Of a DNA stretch of 64,000 bases, positions 49,669 through 59,426 are shown piece after piece; the first letter of the stretch is position 1, and every line of letters starts with the position of its first letter. Position numbers and translations under genes: made by a program. The DNA comes from a virus, in IMG/VR virus record IMGVR_UViG_3300009488_000018, positions 32,001 through 96,000 of that record, one strand, 5' to 3'. The notes beneath the pieces were generated by a model, which ran no database searches, was not told where the DNA came from, and saw nothing but the letters and a program-made list of their open reading frames with translations.

Positions 49669-49759
49669 GTTTTGCAGGATAAAAGATACCCTAAGTCCAA
49701 GACAGCATCATGCTTGAGGCAGCTATCTGCGGGTCCATGACTGACCCATCCTGCAAAAC
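49669..49759 (+). ncRNA. Candidate structured RNA (~91 nt)
   Basis: 12-bp perfect terminal stem GTTTTGCAGGAT/ATCCTGCAAAAC enclosing hairpins. Confidence 0.45.
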
Positions 49760-49800
49760 CCGATAAGTATTGAAGTTTAACTTTTATTATTTTTTTGTAA

Positions 49801-49889
49801 GGCGAGTTGTCCGAGTGGCTTTAAGGAGGCAGTTTGCTAAACTGTTGAGTGTAACAGCTCCCCGGGTTCGAATCCCGGACTCGCCGCCA
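49801..49889 (+). tRNA. tRNA-Ser(GCU)
   Basis: GCAGT-TTGCTAA-ACTGT, long variable arm, G73, CCA. Confidence 0.93.
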
Positions 49890-49892
49890 CTA

Positions 49893-50567
49893 TTAATATA
49901 TTAATTTCGGTACATCACTCATTAACCCCTTTCTTGGGTCCCAACTCCAATTTCTTTTTTCTATCATTTTCATAATATTATCTATACTTCTATGTTTAGA
50001 ATATGCCTCAAGAAACACATTTATTCTTTCTTTTTCTCTAACACGTTTCAATAATATTTGTACTACTGAATCATCAGAATTCAAATTAGTTTTTAACCTA
50101 TCATGATCAACAATATACACTTTCTTATCTTTAGTCCAAACAGCATTCGTACTACTAAACTCTGCATTCGTTAAAAACCTTTTACTTACCGGGTCTTTAA
50201 CAAGATTAAGCCTTCCAACTAAATCTCCCGATTTCATAAAAACTTCTGCTATATTCCAAACTCTAACTAACATAACACCATCTATCCATTCACTAAACTT
50301 ATGTTTTCCATCAACAAAAACAACTTTCGGAAACTCAATATCATTTTTGACTGCTACATTCTGAAGTTTCATTATTCTAGAGTCAAACTTCAGATCAAGT
50401 CTTAAAGACGAACTACCTCGAATATCAACTTTATATGTTTTTACTCCTCTATTAGTATATATCTTAGTAACACTAGTAACTGTTCGTCCTAGTTTTCTCT
50501 TTACAATATTCTCTGTATATTTTAATAACTTTCCTTTAACTGGCGCAACTTTAAATAGTTGTTCCAT
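49893..50567 (-). CDS. Kinase-fold (APH/phosphotransferase-like) protein
   Basis: FPKVV, SEWIDG, N..W...VYIVDHD; the catalytic-loop Asp appears replaced by Glu. Confidence 0.5.
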   Translation of the reverse strand: MEQLFKVAPVKGKLLKYTENIVKRKLGRTVTSVTKIYTNRGVKTYKVDIRGSSSLRLDLKFDSRIMKLQNVAVKNDIEFPKVVFVDGKHKFSEWIDGVMLVRVWNIAEVFMKSGDLVGRLNLVKDPVSKRFLTNAEFSSTNAVWTKDKKVYIVDHDRLKTNLNSDDSVVQILLKRVREKERINVFLEAYSKHRSIDNIMKMIEKRNWSWDPRKGLMSDVPKLIY

Positions 50568-50581
50568 GCTACCTCCAAATC

Positions 50582-51220
50582 TTATCTTTCATATAAAATC
50601 AAAGTTCTTTTTCCCTCAGGTATAATCTTAGACGGAGTAAACCCTAAACTTTTAAAAATACTATTGTAATATTCAGGAGTCTTATTTTTTCCAGTTCTTG
50701 CTCTTACAACAAACTTATTTGTAATTTTTGACAAAAGAGAAATCATATTTTTTTGTTCTTTAATTGTTTTAGGAGTCCCTTTACCATATTTATGCTTACC
50801 AATATGGTATAAAATCGCTAGCGCAAAAATACAGTCAAACTTTCCAAATTTGTCAAAATCTACATCTAATATATCCTTATTTATATACGTAATATCTAAC
50901 TTCTTATTCCATAACTGCTCATAAAAATCTTTTAGAAATATAGCCTGTCTAAAGAAGACCTTAGTTAACTCAATACCAACAACTTTAGCTCCTTGATTTG
51001 CTGCCATAATCGAGTAGAAACCTGCATTACAACCTAAGTCTAAAATATTTAACCCTTCAAAATTACTACCAAGAAGATTTAATATTTTTTTCCATGTTGT
51101 TTCAGCACTCTCTATACCAGAATAAGGACCACCTTTTGTAGTTATAATACCATCTATATTTATCTTCTGATACCAAGGTCTTAACTGTTTTATCTTAGAC
51201 TTCAGTTCTTGACTTTCCAT
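50582..51220 (-). CDS. Class I SAM-dependent methyltransferase (CmoB/DUF1698-like)
   Basis: WYQKI, ILDLGCNAGFYS, FDCIFALAILYH. Confidence 0.82.
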   Translation of the reverse strand: MESQELKSKIKQLRPWYQKINIDGIITTKGGPYSGIESAETTWKKILNLLGSNFEGLNILDLGCNAGFYSIMAANQGAKVVGIELTKVFFRQAIFLKDFYEQLWNKKLDITYINKDILDVDFDKFGKFDCIFALAILYHIGKHKYGKGTPKTIKEQKNMISLLSKITNKFVVRARTGKNKTPEYYNSIFKSLGFTPSKIIPEGKRTLILYER

Positions 51221-51242
51221 AAGTTACTTCCATCCCTTTATA

Positions 51243-51316
51243 AGGTGGAGGTGGGACTCGAACCCACATATCACGGGTTAACGGCCCGTTGCTCAAAACC
51301 ATTAAGCTACACCACC
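51243..51316 (-). tRNA. tRNA-Asn(GUU), C33
   Basis: ACGGG-CCGTTAA-CCCGT. Confidence 0.8.
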
Positions 51317-51586
51317 AAAACAGGTCATTCTTTATTTAAAACTCCTTATAAACCTCATCAAACTTGTCTCTTGCTTCCTTCTTGTTCTTAAAAGAGCTCT
51401 TCTTTATGACCTCTCCATCCTTGTATACTAAAACCCTATTGTCTGACCAAAGTTCGACTTTGAGATTATCATCACCTTTCTTCGAGTCTATTACCTTAAC
51501 TTTCTCTTTTGCCTCTAGTTCGTCTAAAAATTTTTGAATTAGTTGAGTCATCTTCTCTTCCTTTTTAATTAAGATATACTACTAAA

Positions 51587-51658
51587 CAGGCCGCCGAGGA
51601 ATTGAACCCCGAGTCCATGATTTGGAGTCATGTGGTTTACCAGTTAACCGAGCGACCC
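51587..51658 (-). tRNA. tRNA-Trp(CCA)
   Basis: CATGA-CTCCAAA-TCATG, G73. Confidence 0.9.
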
Positions 51659-51669
51659 AATATTTATGA

Positions 51670-51742
51670 TGGACTGAAGGAGAATCGAACTCCCAACTTC
51701 CTACTTACAATGTAGGGCTTTCCTACTTTAAGCTACCAGTCC
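51670..51742 (-). tRNA. tRNA-Thr(UGU), divergent
   Basis: CCTAC-ATTGTAA-GTAGG. Confidence 0.75.
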
Positions 51743-51752
51743 ATCTTTTATT

Positions 51753-51950
51753 TTACTTCCACCCACCATGTTCCTTCAACTGCCACCATGGAGTATGTGG
51801 CGCATGTAAGGGACATCCATCATTAACCCAAAAACAAGTTTCTTTATATGGTAATCCCTCTCCATGATAGTTATCTAAAACTGGACATGTACAACCTTGT
51901 TTAACAGCCTCATCTGAACCGGGGTTGGGAATTTTTTCTTTCTTATCCAT
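51753..51950 (-). CDS. Small Cys/His protein with C-terminal WWQLKEHGGWK
   Basis: PNPGSDEA..GCTCP...CPLH. Confidence 0.65.
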   Translation of the reverse strand: MDKKEKIPNPGSDEAVKQGCTCPVLDNYHGEGLPYKETCFWVNDGCPLHAPHTPWWQLKEHGGWK

Positions 51951-52400
51951 AATTAAATATGTGGTAAAGTCTGTATTATACTAAATAACTCCTGTTTACA
52001 ACTAGCATGAACCATAAAGTCTCCCCAGAGAGAACTACAAAAACATTTATCCCAGTAAGCAAGAACAGCTACTCCCTCAACACAACCCCGTTTAACTTTA
52101 TCATAATGACTAATAACTTTATCACTTAATAACCCACAAAAGTTCCTCTGTGACTGAATATCGTTTTTTATCAAACCTGCTCTTATACATTCATCAATAC
52201 ACTCATAAACAACTTGATCTAGGTCCGACAACGATACATCACATATTAAGGAGATAAACAAGGGCCAACCAAATGCCTGATATTTTCTTACTATCAAGGG
52301 TGAGTAATTCTTCTCTAATAAACGAGTAGCTGTTTTACTGTCATCCACTTCTATTCTCTTTACTTTCTCTTCTTTCGCCATTACATTTCTCCATTCTTTG

Positions 52401-52822
52401 TTTTTTGTTCTTACTAAAACAAATTCAATCTTTTAAACACCATCTATAATTTCACATGTTTCTGCTATTATCTCTACTTTATTATAATCAGAGAACTTTA
52501 CAACAAATAAAATATTCCAATCTCCAACTTTTATTTCACCACCATTTCCTCTATATATTCCTTCTTCTTTCACAGAAACTTCTTTCAATATAGGTAAATT
52601 TAAATATTCTGTTTTAGTAATTTTTCTATGATTTCCATGCTTACTCTTTATCTTACTAAATTCGTCTCTTGTTATTTTACCAGACTCAATATCTTCTCTT
52701 GCTTGTTGAATAACTAGTTCGTTTTCGTTCAATTTACTTTTATCTATTTCATAATCAAAAATTCCTGTTTTCATTTTATTCTCCTTCTATTTTTTGTTCT
52801 TACTAAAACAAATTCAATCTTT
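52401..52822. repeat. 33-bp direct repeats (52401-52433, 52790-52822) flanking one gene
   Basis: TTTTTTGTTCTTACTAAAACAAATTCAATCTTT occurs twice. Confidence 0.85.
52433..52774 (-). CDS. Hypothetical protein between the direct repeats
   Basis: AAGGAG RBS. Confidence 0.6.
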   Translation of the reverse strand: MKTGIFDYEIDKSKLNENELVIQQAREDIESGKITRDEFSKIKSKHGNHRKITKTEYLNLPILKEVSVKEEGIYRGNGGEIKVGDWNILFVVKFSDYNKVEIIAETCEIIDGV

Positions 52823-53381
52823 CTCGAGCTCGTACCAAGGACTGGTAAAGTCTTCCAGCATCATTAAATGCTCGATGCTCCAATTGTTTTGGATTTCCAA
52901 TTCCAGATAACTCAAGTAACATAGAACTATCCCAAGCAGAATAGTGGAAAGGAAATTCTACACTCGAATCTTCAAATATCTTCTTCATAAACCAAAATTC
53001 AAACTGCGCATTATCAGAAAGTATTATAACCTTTCTTTCTCCTTTATTATAAATAGAACATAATTCATAAAGTTGTTCTGCTATAATATGTGGTGGTTTT
53101 ATACCTATTAATCTGTCTTCAGAGCTACCAACTTCACAAGATATAACTAAAGCGTCAATCTTATGTGTTTTATAAGCATCAAGGTATTTCTCTGGCCACT
53201 GATCAGCGTTCTTCGTAATTTCTGTAATTAACCCAGAAAATTTTATTAGAGACCTATAAGTTCCTAAAACATTAAAATTAGAGTCTGTAAACATACCTCC
53301 AATCTCAATCGGATAATCTTTCCTAAAGTCAAAACCGGTAGTTTCAAAATCACATATAAAAAAAGTCATATTTTTATCCAT
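52803..53381 (-). CDS. DEDDh 3-5 exonuclease
   Basis: DFETTG, NAQFE, WD, HRAFND. Confidence 0.85.
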   Translation of the reverse strand: MDKNMTFFICDFETTGFDFRKDYPIEIGGMFTDSNFNVLGTYRSLIKFSGLITEITKNADQWPEKYLDAYKTHKIDALVISCEVGSSEDRLIGIKPPHIIAEQLYELCSIYNKGERKVIILSDNAQFEFWFMKKIFEDSSVEFPFHYSAWDSSMLLELSGIGNPKQLEHRAFNDAGRLYQSLVRARERLNLF

Positions 53382-53518
53382 TACTTTTCTCCTCTTCTTC
53401 GATAAACTCTCTTACCTTTTGAGCACAACTGATGGGAATAATAAAAGTTTTTCGTATTATTCCATACGACCTTCTCATAGGGAACTTATTAGCAATTCTA
53501 ATTTCTTCCTCTTCAGTC

Positions 53519-53890
53519 TCAGGAGTGACCAATAGAACTTCCTCGGTCCGGAACATCTTTATAACCCTCCTTATCTTCGTCATGTTCATGTTCCAAATAA
53601 AATCCCATCTTTAACCATATAATATAAAGATACGTAGTAGCTTTTAAAATATCCTTTTCACGAAGTGTGTTTGAAAATCTTCCTAAATATTTTATGATAG
53701 TTCCAATTACCCAATCAACTCCAGTCTTACCAGGAACTAACTCACAAACAAGATCTGTCATCTCCTTATCTTCTGTTAACTGATATTTCTTCTCTCCAGC
53801 AAACTCAAACTGACTAGAAATTAACTTCACAAAAGCAGGAAAATTTTCTCTTTTTGCTTTCAAACTTGTATTATAAATCTTCTGTTTCAT
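53519..53890 (-). CDS. DUF3310-like hypothetical protein
   Basis: IIKYLGRF...KDILKA..Y. Confidence 0.45.
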   Translation of the reverse strand: MKQKIYNTSLKAKRENFPAFVKLISSQFEFAGEKKYQLTEDKEMTDLVCELVPGKTGVDWVIGTIIKYLGRFSNTLREKDILKATTYLYIIWLKMGFYLEHEHDEDKEGYKDVPDRGSSIGHS

Positions 53891-54125
53891 TTTTTTCCTT
53901 TCTCCAAAAGGCTCGTTCTATAAGTTCTCGACCACTTACCTCTTTAGCACCCATGCTAATAGCTTTCTTTATCATTCTTTTTGTAGTCAAGTCATAATGA
54001 GGACGTTTAAAGTTAACACTTAACTGAAACCAACTACGTCTCAAACCTAACCACTCAGCAAACCTATGAAGCTCTTCAACATTATCTGTTGAAACCATAT
54101 GTCCACTTTTGTCTATTAAAATCAT
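53871..54125 (-). CDS. DUF4031-like protein
   Basis: HMVS...EELHRFA..LGL.RSWFQ...HYDL. Confidence 0.75.
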   Translation of the reverse strand: MILIDKSGHMVSTDNVEELHRFAEWLGLRRSWFQLSVNFKRPHYDLTTKRMIKKAISMGAKEVSGRELIERAFWRKEKNETEDL

Positions 54126-54864
54126 AGCTTCCTCATAAAATTTTTATTAAGCCAAAACTCAACTCTAGGTTGACTTGCATGTTCCATATAATATTTAGAA
54201 CAATACGGTGGTTTCTTCGAAACTTCCGCAGGAACACATCTTTTAACAAATGGCCAAATAGTATCATTAAATCTACCAAGGTCACCACTCTTTATCCACA
54301 AACAGTCCCTACGATACCAAAGCACAGCCATTATGAACTCACTAAAATCATACATATTGAATTTGTCTTGTTCATCATGGTCATCAAATATTATCAATGG
54401 TTGAACTGCTGGAGACGAATAAAGTATTGATTCAATTATCCAATATGTATGTTGCCAATCCATCCCATCTACCCATACTTCAGCATAGTAACAATCATTA
54501 GGAACACCAGATCTAAACTTAGTAGGATATGGCCAATTCTCTGAAGCTATATCAAAGTCATTCCTTGCTTGTTTAATCAACTCAACTGGTGCTAAAAGGT
54601 AGGTCGGGTGGACTGTTGTTGTATTACAATCAATATATTCTTTCATAATAGACCCCAATTATAAAGGTTTAAGATTATAACGATTCGCTATTCTTTTATA
54701 TTTCCCATAAATGTAATCTATATTCTTCAAATGGTCTCCATAATTATACAGAAAACATGTTGCAAGTCCAATGGTAAAACATAAGTAAACACGATATAAT
54801 TCAACATAAATTCTAGCTATTCTCATATTACATGCCTCCACAACCACATAAACAAAAAGGTAAA

Positions 54865-55419
54865 TTAATATTTTCTACCATCTTCATATTCCCTTAAATG
54901 ACCAAACACTCTACATTTTAAATTTGAATTTCCAAGTAAATATTTTGAAGGGATATCATAAAAGGTTTTCTTTATAATAATTATCTCTTCAATTCCCGCA
55001 TTTATAATTTCAGTCAAACAATCCTTACAAGGAATTCCACAACTCATATATAACTTAGCATCTTTAGTTTTAATACTCTCTCTCGCTGCATTTATCAAAA
55101 CGTTCCTCTCTGCATGCCCAGACACACACCATTCTAACCCTTCTCCTGATTTAAAGCCTAACACATATCTTGGACAAGTTGTATGATTTGAAACATCATC
55201 TGGATCTATGTTCTTTTCTATTAAAGCTTTTCTTAATTCTGAGTCAATATAATAACGTTCACCACAATGAGGAACTCCTCGTGGGGGTCCACAATATCCT
55301 GTACTAATAATCGACTTATCTTGGACTAAAATTGCTCCAATTTGTCTTGACAAACACTTACTATTACTAGCCACTGTTTCACATACTCGGTGATAATACT
55401 TATCCCATTCTATTGTCAT
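54865..55419 (-). CDS. dCMP deaminase
   Basis: SKCLSRQIGA, HAERN, PCKDC. Confidence 0.9.
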   Translation of the reverse strand: MTIEWDKYYHRVCETVASNSKCLSRQIGAILVQDKSIISTGYCGPPRGVPHCGERYYIDSELRKALIEKNIDPDDVSNHTTCPRYVLGFKSGEGLEWCVSGHAERNVLINAARESIKTKDAKLYMSCGIPCKDCLTEIINAGIEEIIIIKKTFYDIPSKYLLGNSNLKCRVFGHLREYEDGRKY

Positions 55420-55666
55420 AAACTTTCCTCTCTTCTAAAAGTTGTTTATATTCTCTAAGACCCCCTGTTTCATGATAATTTTCATTCGAAAATTCCACTA
55501 TCATTGGTTCGCCACAGTTTATACACTCAGTTTTTATAAGCCATTTATTTTCTATATAGACCGGACTTCCACATATCCATTCATGTTTACATGGTTTAAC
55601 TTCGTCCATAAAAGAAAACGATAACTGTTCATATATCCCCACTATTTGACTCATAACACAAAACCT

Positions 55667-56233
55667 CTATTTCCGGTCTGGTTTTTCGGCATACCCACTA
55701 AATAATTCTGACTCATTTATTTTAAAAACTTTCTCTAATATTTCAAAAACGACCTCTTTCGACATTCCTAAAAGTGGCGCTTCAAGCTTCATTGGCTTAC
55801 TTCCATTAATCTGAAGGAGTTCATTTACTTTTACAACCCATTCTTGAGTACAATCTGGAAAAAGATCAAGCCGGTCTGAAAAATTTGCTCCGTACCAAAT
55901 TGTATCAATTTCCCAACTTTCAGCAATTGAACAAGCTAATGAAACAAATAATAAATTTCTAGAAGGAACATACCACTCTGATACATCTTCATATCTTCCT
56001 CTTTGATTATCACCAGTTAAAGCACTATCTACAGACAAATCTTTAACAGTAACTATAGTCCCTACAACTCCAAGTTTTTCTAATTGGTTCTTAGCTACTT
56101 CTAACTCTTTGCGATGTTTTTGTCCATAATTAACCAATAAACAATAAACATTCTTTTTCATCTTTAGTGCTAATTCTAACATTAACCTACTATCAGCACC
56201 ACCACTATAAAGAATTAATATATCCTTACTCAT
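55667..56233 (-). CDS. queC: QueC-like PP-loop ATPase lacking the C-terminal Zn-Cys cluster
   Basis: YSGGADS, NYGQKH..E, YVPSRN, FPDC, APLL. Confidence 0.85.
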   Translation of the reverse strand: MSKDILILYSGGADSRLMLELALKMKKNVYCLLVNYGQKHRKELEVAKNQLEKLGVVGTIVTVKDLSVDSALTGDNQRGRYEDVSEWYVPSRNLLFVSLACSIAESWEIDTIWYGANFSDRLDLFPDCTQEWVVKVNELLQINGSKPMKLEAPLLGMSKEVVFEILEKVFKINESELFSGYAEKPDRK

Positions 56234-56357
56234 TCGTTACTCCTCTTTAATTTTGTTTTTTTGTTCCAATAAAAAGAAGAAATTTCCAGGTCTAAAACAC
56301 TGTTCTGAACTGAGATTCTATATATATAAATATTAGAATAAAGGAAAGGAGGTTTTT

Positions 56358-57035
56358 ATGTATATTCCCCAAGTACTAAACGAATCAAAGAAACGAGATA
56401 GAAGTTTACCACAAGGACAATCTTTTGAGTTCATTCTTGGAAACTTCTCAAAGATAGCGTCCAGATTCATAGCGATCCAAAAGACAAAAATAAACAAGAG
56501 TAGAGTTAAGAACGAACTAAAGAAAGTCCGGGCTAGGGAGTTAGAGTTTGAAAGAAGTCAAAAAGAACTTTCAAGAGCTGACAAAATGGAACTAAGAATA
56601 AGAAGAGAGGAAATTGAAAAAGTACTAACAGGAGAAGTTTACTTCAAAGATGGAAGCCCAGTAATGACTGACCAACTCACTTATATAGCTCAAAAACATA
56701 TTCTATTCAAGTCACTTAATTTCCTTATTGGAGCTATCAGAATTGAAGTTAACGTCGTAGCTTACATCCTAAAGGAAACAATAGAAAAATCTCAGCCAAT
56801 CATCTCCATGTATCTAAAAGAACGGGAACGACGAAAAGAAGAGAAGCGACAAAAAGAAGAGAAACGAAAGGAAGAACAGGATGTAAGAAAAGAAGAGGAA
56901 AATGGTTCTATCATTCTTGATTCCAAACAAGTACATGACCGTATACTTGAACTAAGTAAATCATTTAAAGAAAGAAAATGGAGACAACTTCCATTTTCTA
57001 AAAAACCAAAACCTAGAGGAGGACAAAAACAATGA
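56358..57035 (+). CDS. Charged coiled-coil hypothetical protein
   Basis: Downstream of the conserved motif at 56319; GGAGG RBS. Confidence 0.6.
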   Translation: MYIPQVLNESKKRDRSLPQGQSFEFILGNFSKIASRFIAIQKTKINKSRVKNELKKVRARELEFERSQKELSRADKMELRIRREEIEKVLTGEVYFKDGSPVMTDQLTYIAQKHILFKSLNFLIGAIRIEVNVVAYILKETIEKSQPIISMYLKERERRKEEKRQKEEKRKEEQDVRKEEENGSIILDSKQVHDRILELSKSFKERKWRQLPFSKKPKPRGGQKQ

Positions 57036-58081
57036 GACAAACAACCAAAAATCTAAAAAACGAGAGGGGATCTGTGATGGTGCTAGTTTTAATGATACTA
57101 GCTGTGCTGACTGTAATCGGTATATCAGCAACAAAAACAACGCAGGTCGAACTGCAACTTGCAGGCAATCATAAACTTATAACCCAGTCTCTTTTCCATG
57201 CTGAGAGTGGAATAGCAGTTACTACAGCATTTAACTGTGATATTCCAGAGGAATACGGTGATTCTGATTTCCACTATGTTGATCCCAACTACTGTGTAAA
57301 TGTATTCATAAAATTAGACGAGAACGGAGACGAGGTTCTAGTAAACGACTACCCAGAACTTATCGTCGAAAGTACGGGTTACGCCCCGAATAAGGACCAC
57401 CCAAGTTGTGCTATTACGGTTATAGAAGCGACCTTTATAAGGATAAAGAGTGGCTGGGAACAACTGGAAGCTACATTATATGTTGGTGGTAATTTAACAG
57501 ATAACGGAATTGCCCATGTTGCCGAAGGAGAGTACGGAACTAGTCAAAGTCAAGAAAACTGTGAAGCAAAGTGGGATATTATTACTACTGGAGACGCCGA
57601 CGAGGGTTATGAAGCTTCTAACTGGACTGGAGATTACGGAGACTACTCAGAGTTACATAACGACGAACCCCCATTCCCATTCGACCAGGTGTTCAACCTA
57701 TACAAAAGTAGATCCACAACGATAGAAAAGGACGTATCTAATAACTTAGAAATTGGTAGCGAAGACGATGCAACTGAAGTTTACTACTACCAAGCAGACG
57801 AATTCAAAGTGAATAACATTACAGGTTGGGGAATTCTGCTAATTGACGGTGATATGGTCCTCGGTGGGAATATTGAGTGGCACGGAATAATTATGGTAAC
57901 TGGTAATTCTTCCACATTTGATGGTGGCGGAAACCAAACCGTGTACGGTGCTTTCCTTGGTAAAGGAGACGTTACAATTAATGGGACACCCAGCTTCTTA
58001 TGGGATTGTGATGTTATCAACGCTATTAAGGATAAACACTCAATATACAAAATGACTAGTTGGCAAAACAAAATAACGTAA
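57032..58081 (+). CDS. PilX-N-domain (type IV minor pilin-like) protein
   Basis: NERG-SVMVLVLMILAVLTVIG prepilin-like leader, AESG, C-terminal SWQ. Confidence 0.78.
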   Translation: MRQTTKNLKNERGSVMVLVLMILAVLTVIGISATKTTQVELQLAGNHKLITQSLFHAESGIAVTTAFNCDIPEEYGDSDFHYVDPNYCVNVFIKLDENGDEVLVNDYPELIVESTGYAPNKDHPSCAITVIEATFIRIKSGWEQLEATLYVGGNLTDNGIAHVAEGEYGTSQSQENCEAKWDIITTGDADEGYEASNWTGDYGDYSELHNDEPPFPFDQVFNLYKSRSTTIEKDVSNNLEIGSEDDATEVYYYQADEFKVNNITGWGILLIDGDMVLGGNIEWHGIIMVTGNSSTFDGGGNQTVYGAFLGKGDVTINGTPSFLWDCDVINAIKDKHSIYKMTSWQNKIT

Positions 58082-58377
58082 ACTTAAACAGGGAGGTAGA
58101 AGTGGACTTATATCAAGAAATCTTGAATTTCCAAACAAATGACATTTTCAAAAATGAATCGCCAATACTCATAACAGACCGTGAGCTTCTATGCTACCAG
58201 AATGAGATGGTCAAGATTTATTTCTCACGTCAGTTTAACAAAATGGGTATTCCTGGTAAGATACGTGCAATCTTAGACTGGTGTAAAGAAAACGACCGTA
58301 TAGTGAGTGAAGAACAAGTCTACAGAATAGCACAAAATCCAGTTTGGAAACTCATCGAGTGAGTTCATAACCTCACA

Positions 58378-58413
58378 AAAAAATCTTACTCCGTCAGACG
58401 GGTGAGATTTTTT
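58378..58413. terminator. Bidirectional intrinsic terminator
   Basis: AAAAAAATCTTAC...GTGAGATTTTTT between convergent genes. Confidence 0.7.
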
Positions 58414-58415
58414 GT

Positions 58416-59426
58416 TTATTCCCATAAATCCAAATTCATCTTACAAATAGTATCAAATGAAAGTCGATTAATAGAAAGCATATTATCTTCAAAATATTTT
58501 TTATAATTAGAAAGAGCTTGTTTTACTTTTTCTTCTAGAGTATTATCACTAAACTCAACAACTCCTATTTTCTTGTAATAATTTAAAAGTCTAGTTTGGT
58601 CTCTAATTAATAACGGAGTTCCACTACACAATATTTCAGTAGATGCTCGTGGACAACCATCCATGGAGTTGCTAGTAACAATACCAAACTTACTCTTGTT
58701 TATCAACTTGTTTAGATCCGGTCGTTTCACCCAACCCGCAAATTTAATATTAGTTACATTAAAGCGTCTACAAAGCTCTTCTCCAACTTCTGGTTTATTA
58801 CCAACATGTACTATATGTAAACTTTTTAAGAAGCTAGATTTAGCAACAGTTGAAATAAAGAACTTTTGACCTTTATGGCGGATTTGAGTAAAATTGCAAA
58901 TCCAAGATAAATCATATTTTTTTGTTTCAAAGTCTAATGACTTAAAGATTCTAGGATTAGCAGTTTTATAGAACGGAAAGCAATTATAAGATTTGTTAAA
59001 ATCCCTTTCGTCTTCTAGTAAAATAATATCATATTTACCACCATATTGTGGAAAAAGTCTTCTTCCGGCTCCAAGATAGAGCTTTTTATTGAAGAGACTA
59101 GAGTTCTCTCTTACGACTTCGCCATACTCTGGAAAACCCCCACGAAACAAAGAAATGTCTGGGCTTGAGTACTTGTAAACTTCTCTAAAAGACTTAACCC
59201 ACCGTTGAATAAACTTCTTACCATTGACGTCAAAAACAATATCTCTAGTCTTTCTCTTGGAGAGACGCCAAACAATCACTTCATCAAAAATATCATTTTT
59301 CAAATAATACAATAATATTAACAAATAAAAATCATGACAATTGTTTTCAAACGTCTCTAAGTCTCGGTACTTATGATAGTACTCTAGTTCTAAAATGTTA
59401 CTTCGAAACAACCATATAGTTCTCAT
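58416..59426 (-). CDS. GT-B glycosyltransferase-like protein
   Basis: KGQ, IVHVG, FAGWV, DGCPRASTEILCSGTP. Confidence 0.72.
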   Translation of the reverse strand: MRTIWLFRSNILELEYYHKYRDLETFENNCHDFYLLILLYYLKNDIFDEVIVWRLSKRKTRDIVFDVNGKKFIQRWVKSFREVYKYSSPDISLFRGGFPEYGEVVRENSSLFNKKLYLGAGRRLFPQYGGKYDIILLEDERDFNKSYNCFPFYKTANPRIFKSLDFETKKYDLSWICNFTQIRHKGQKFFISTVAKSSFLKSLHIVHVGNKPEVGEELCRRFNVTNIKFAGWVKRPDLNKLINKSKFGIVTSNSMDGCPRASTEILCSGTPLLIRDQTRLLNYYKKIGVVEFSDNTLEEKVKQALSNYKKYFEDNMLSINRLSFDTICKMNLDLWE

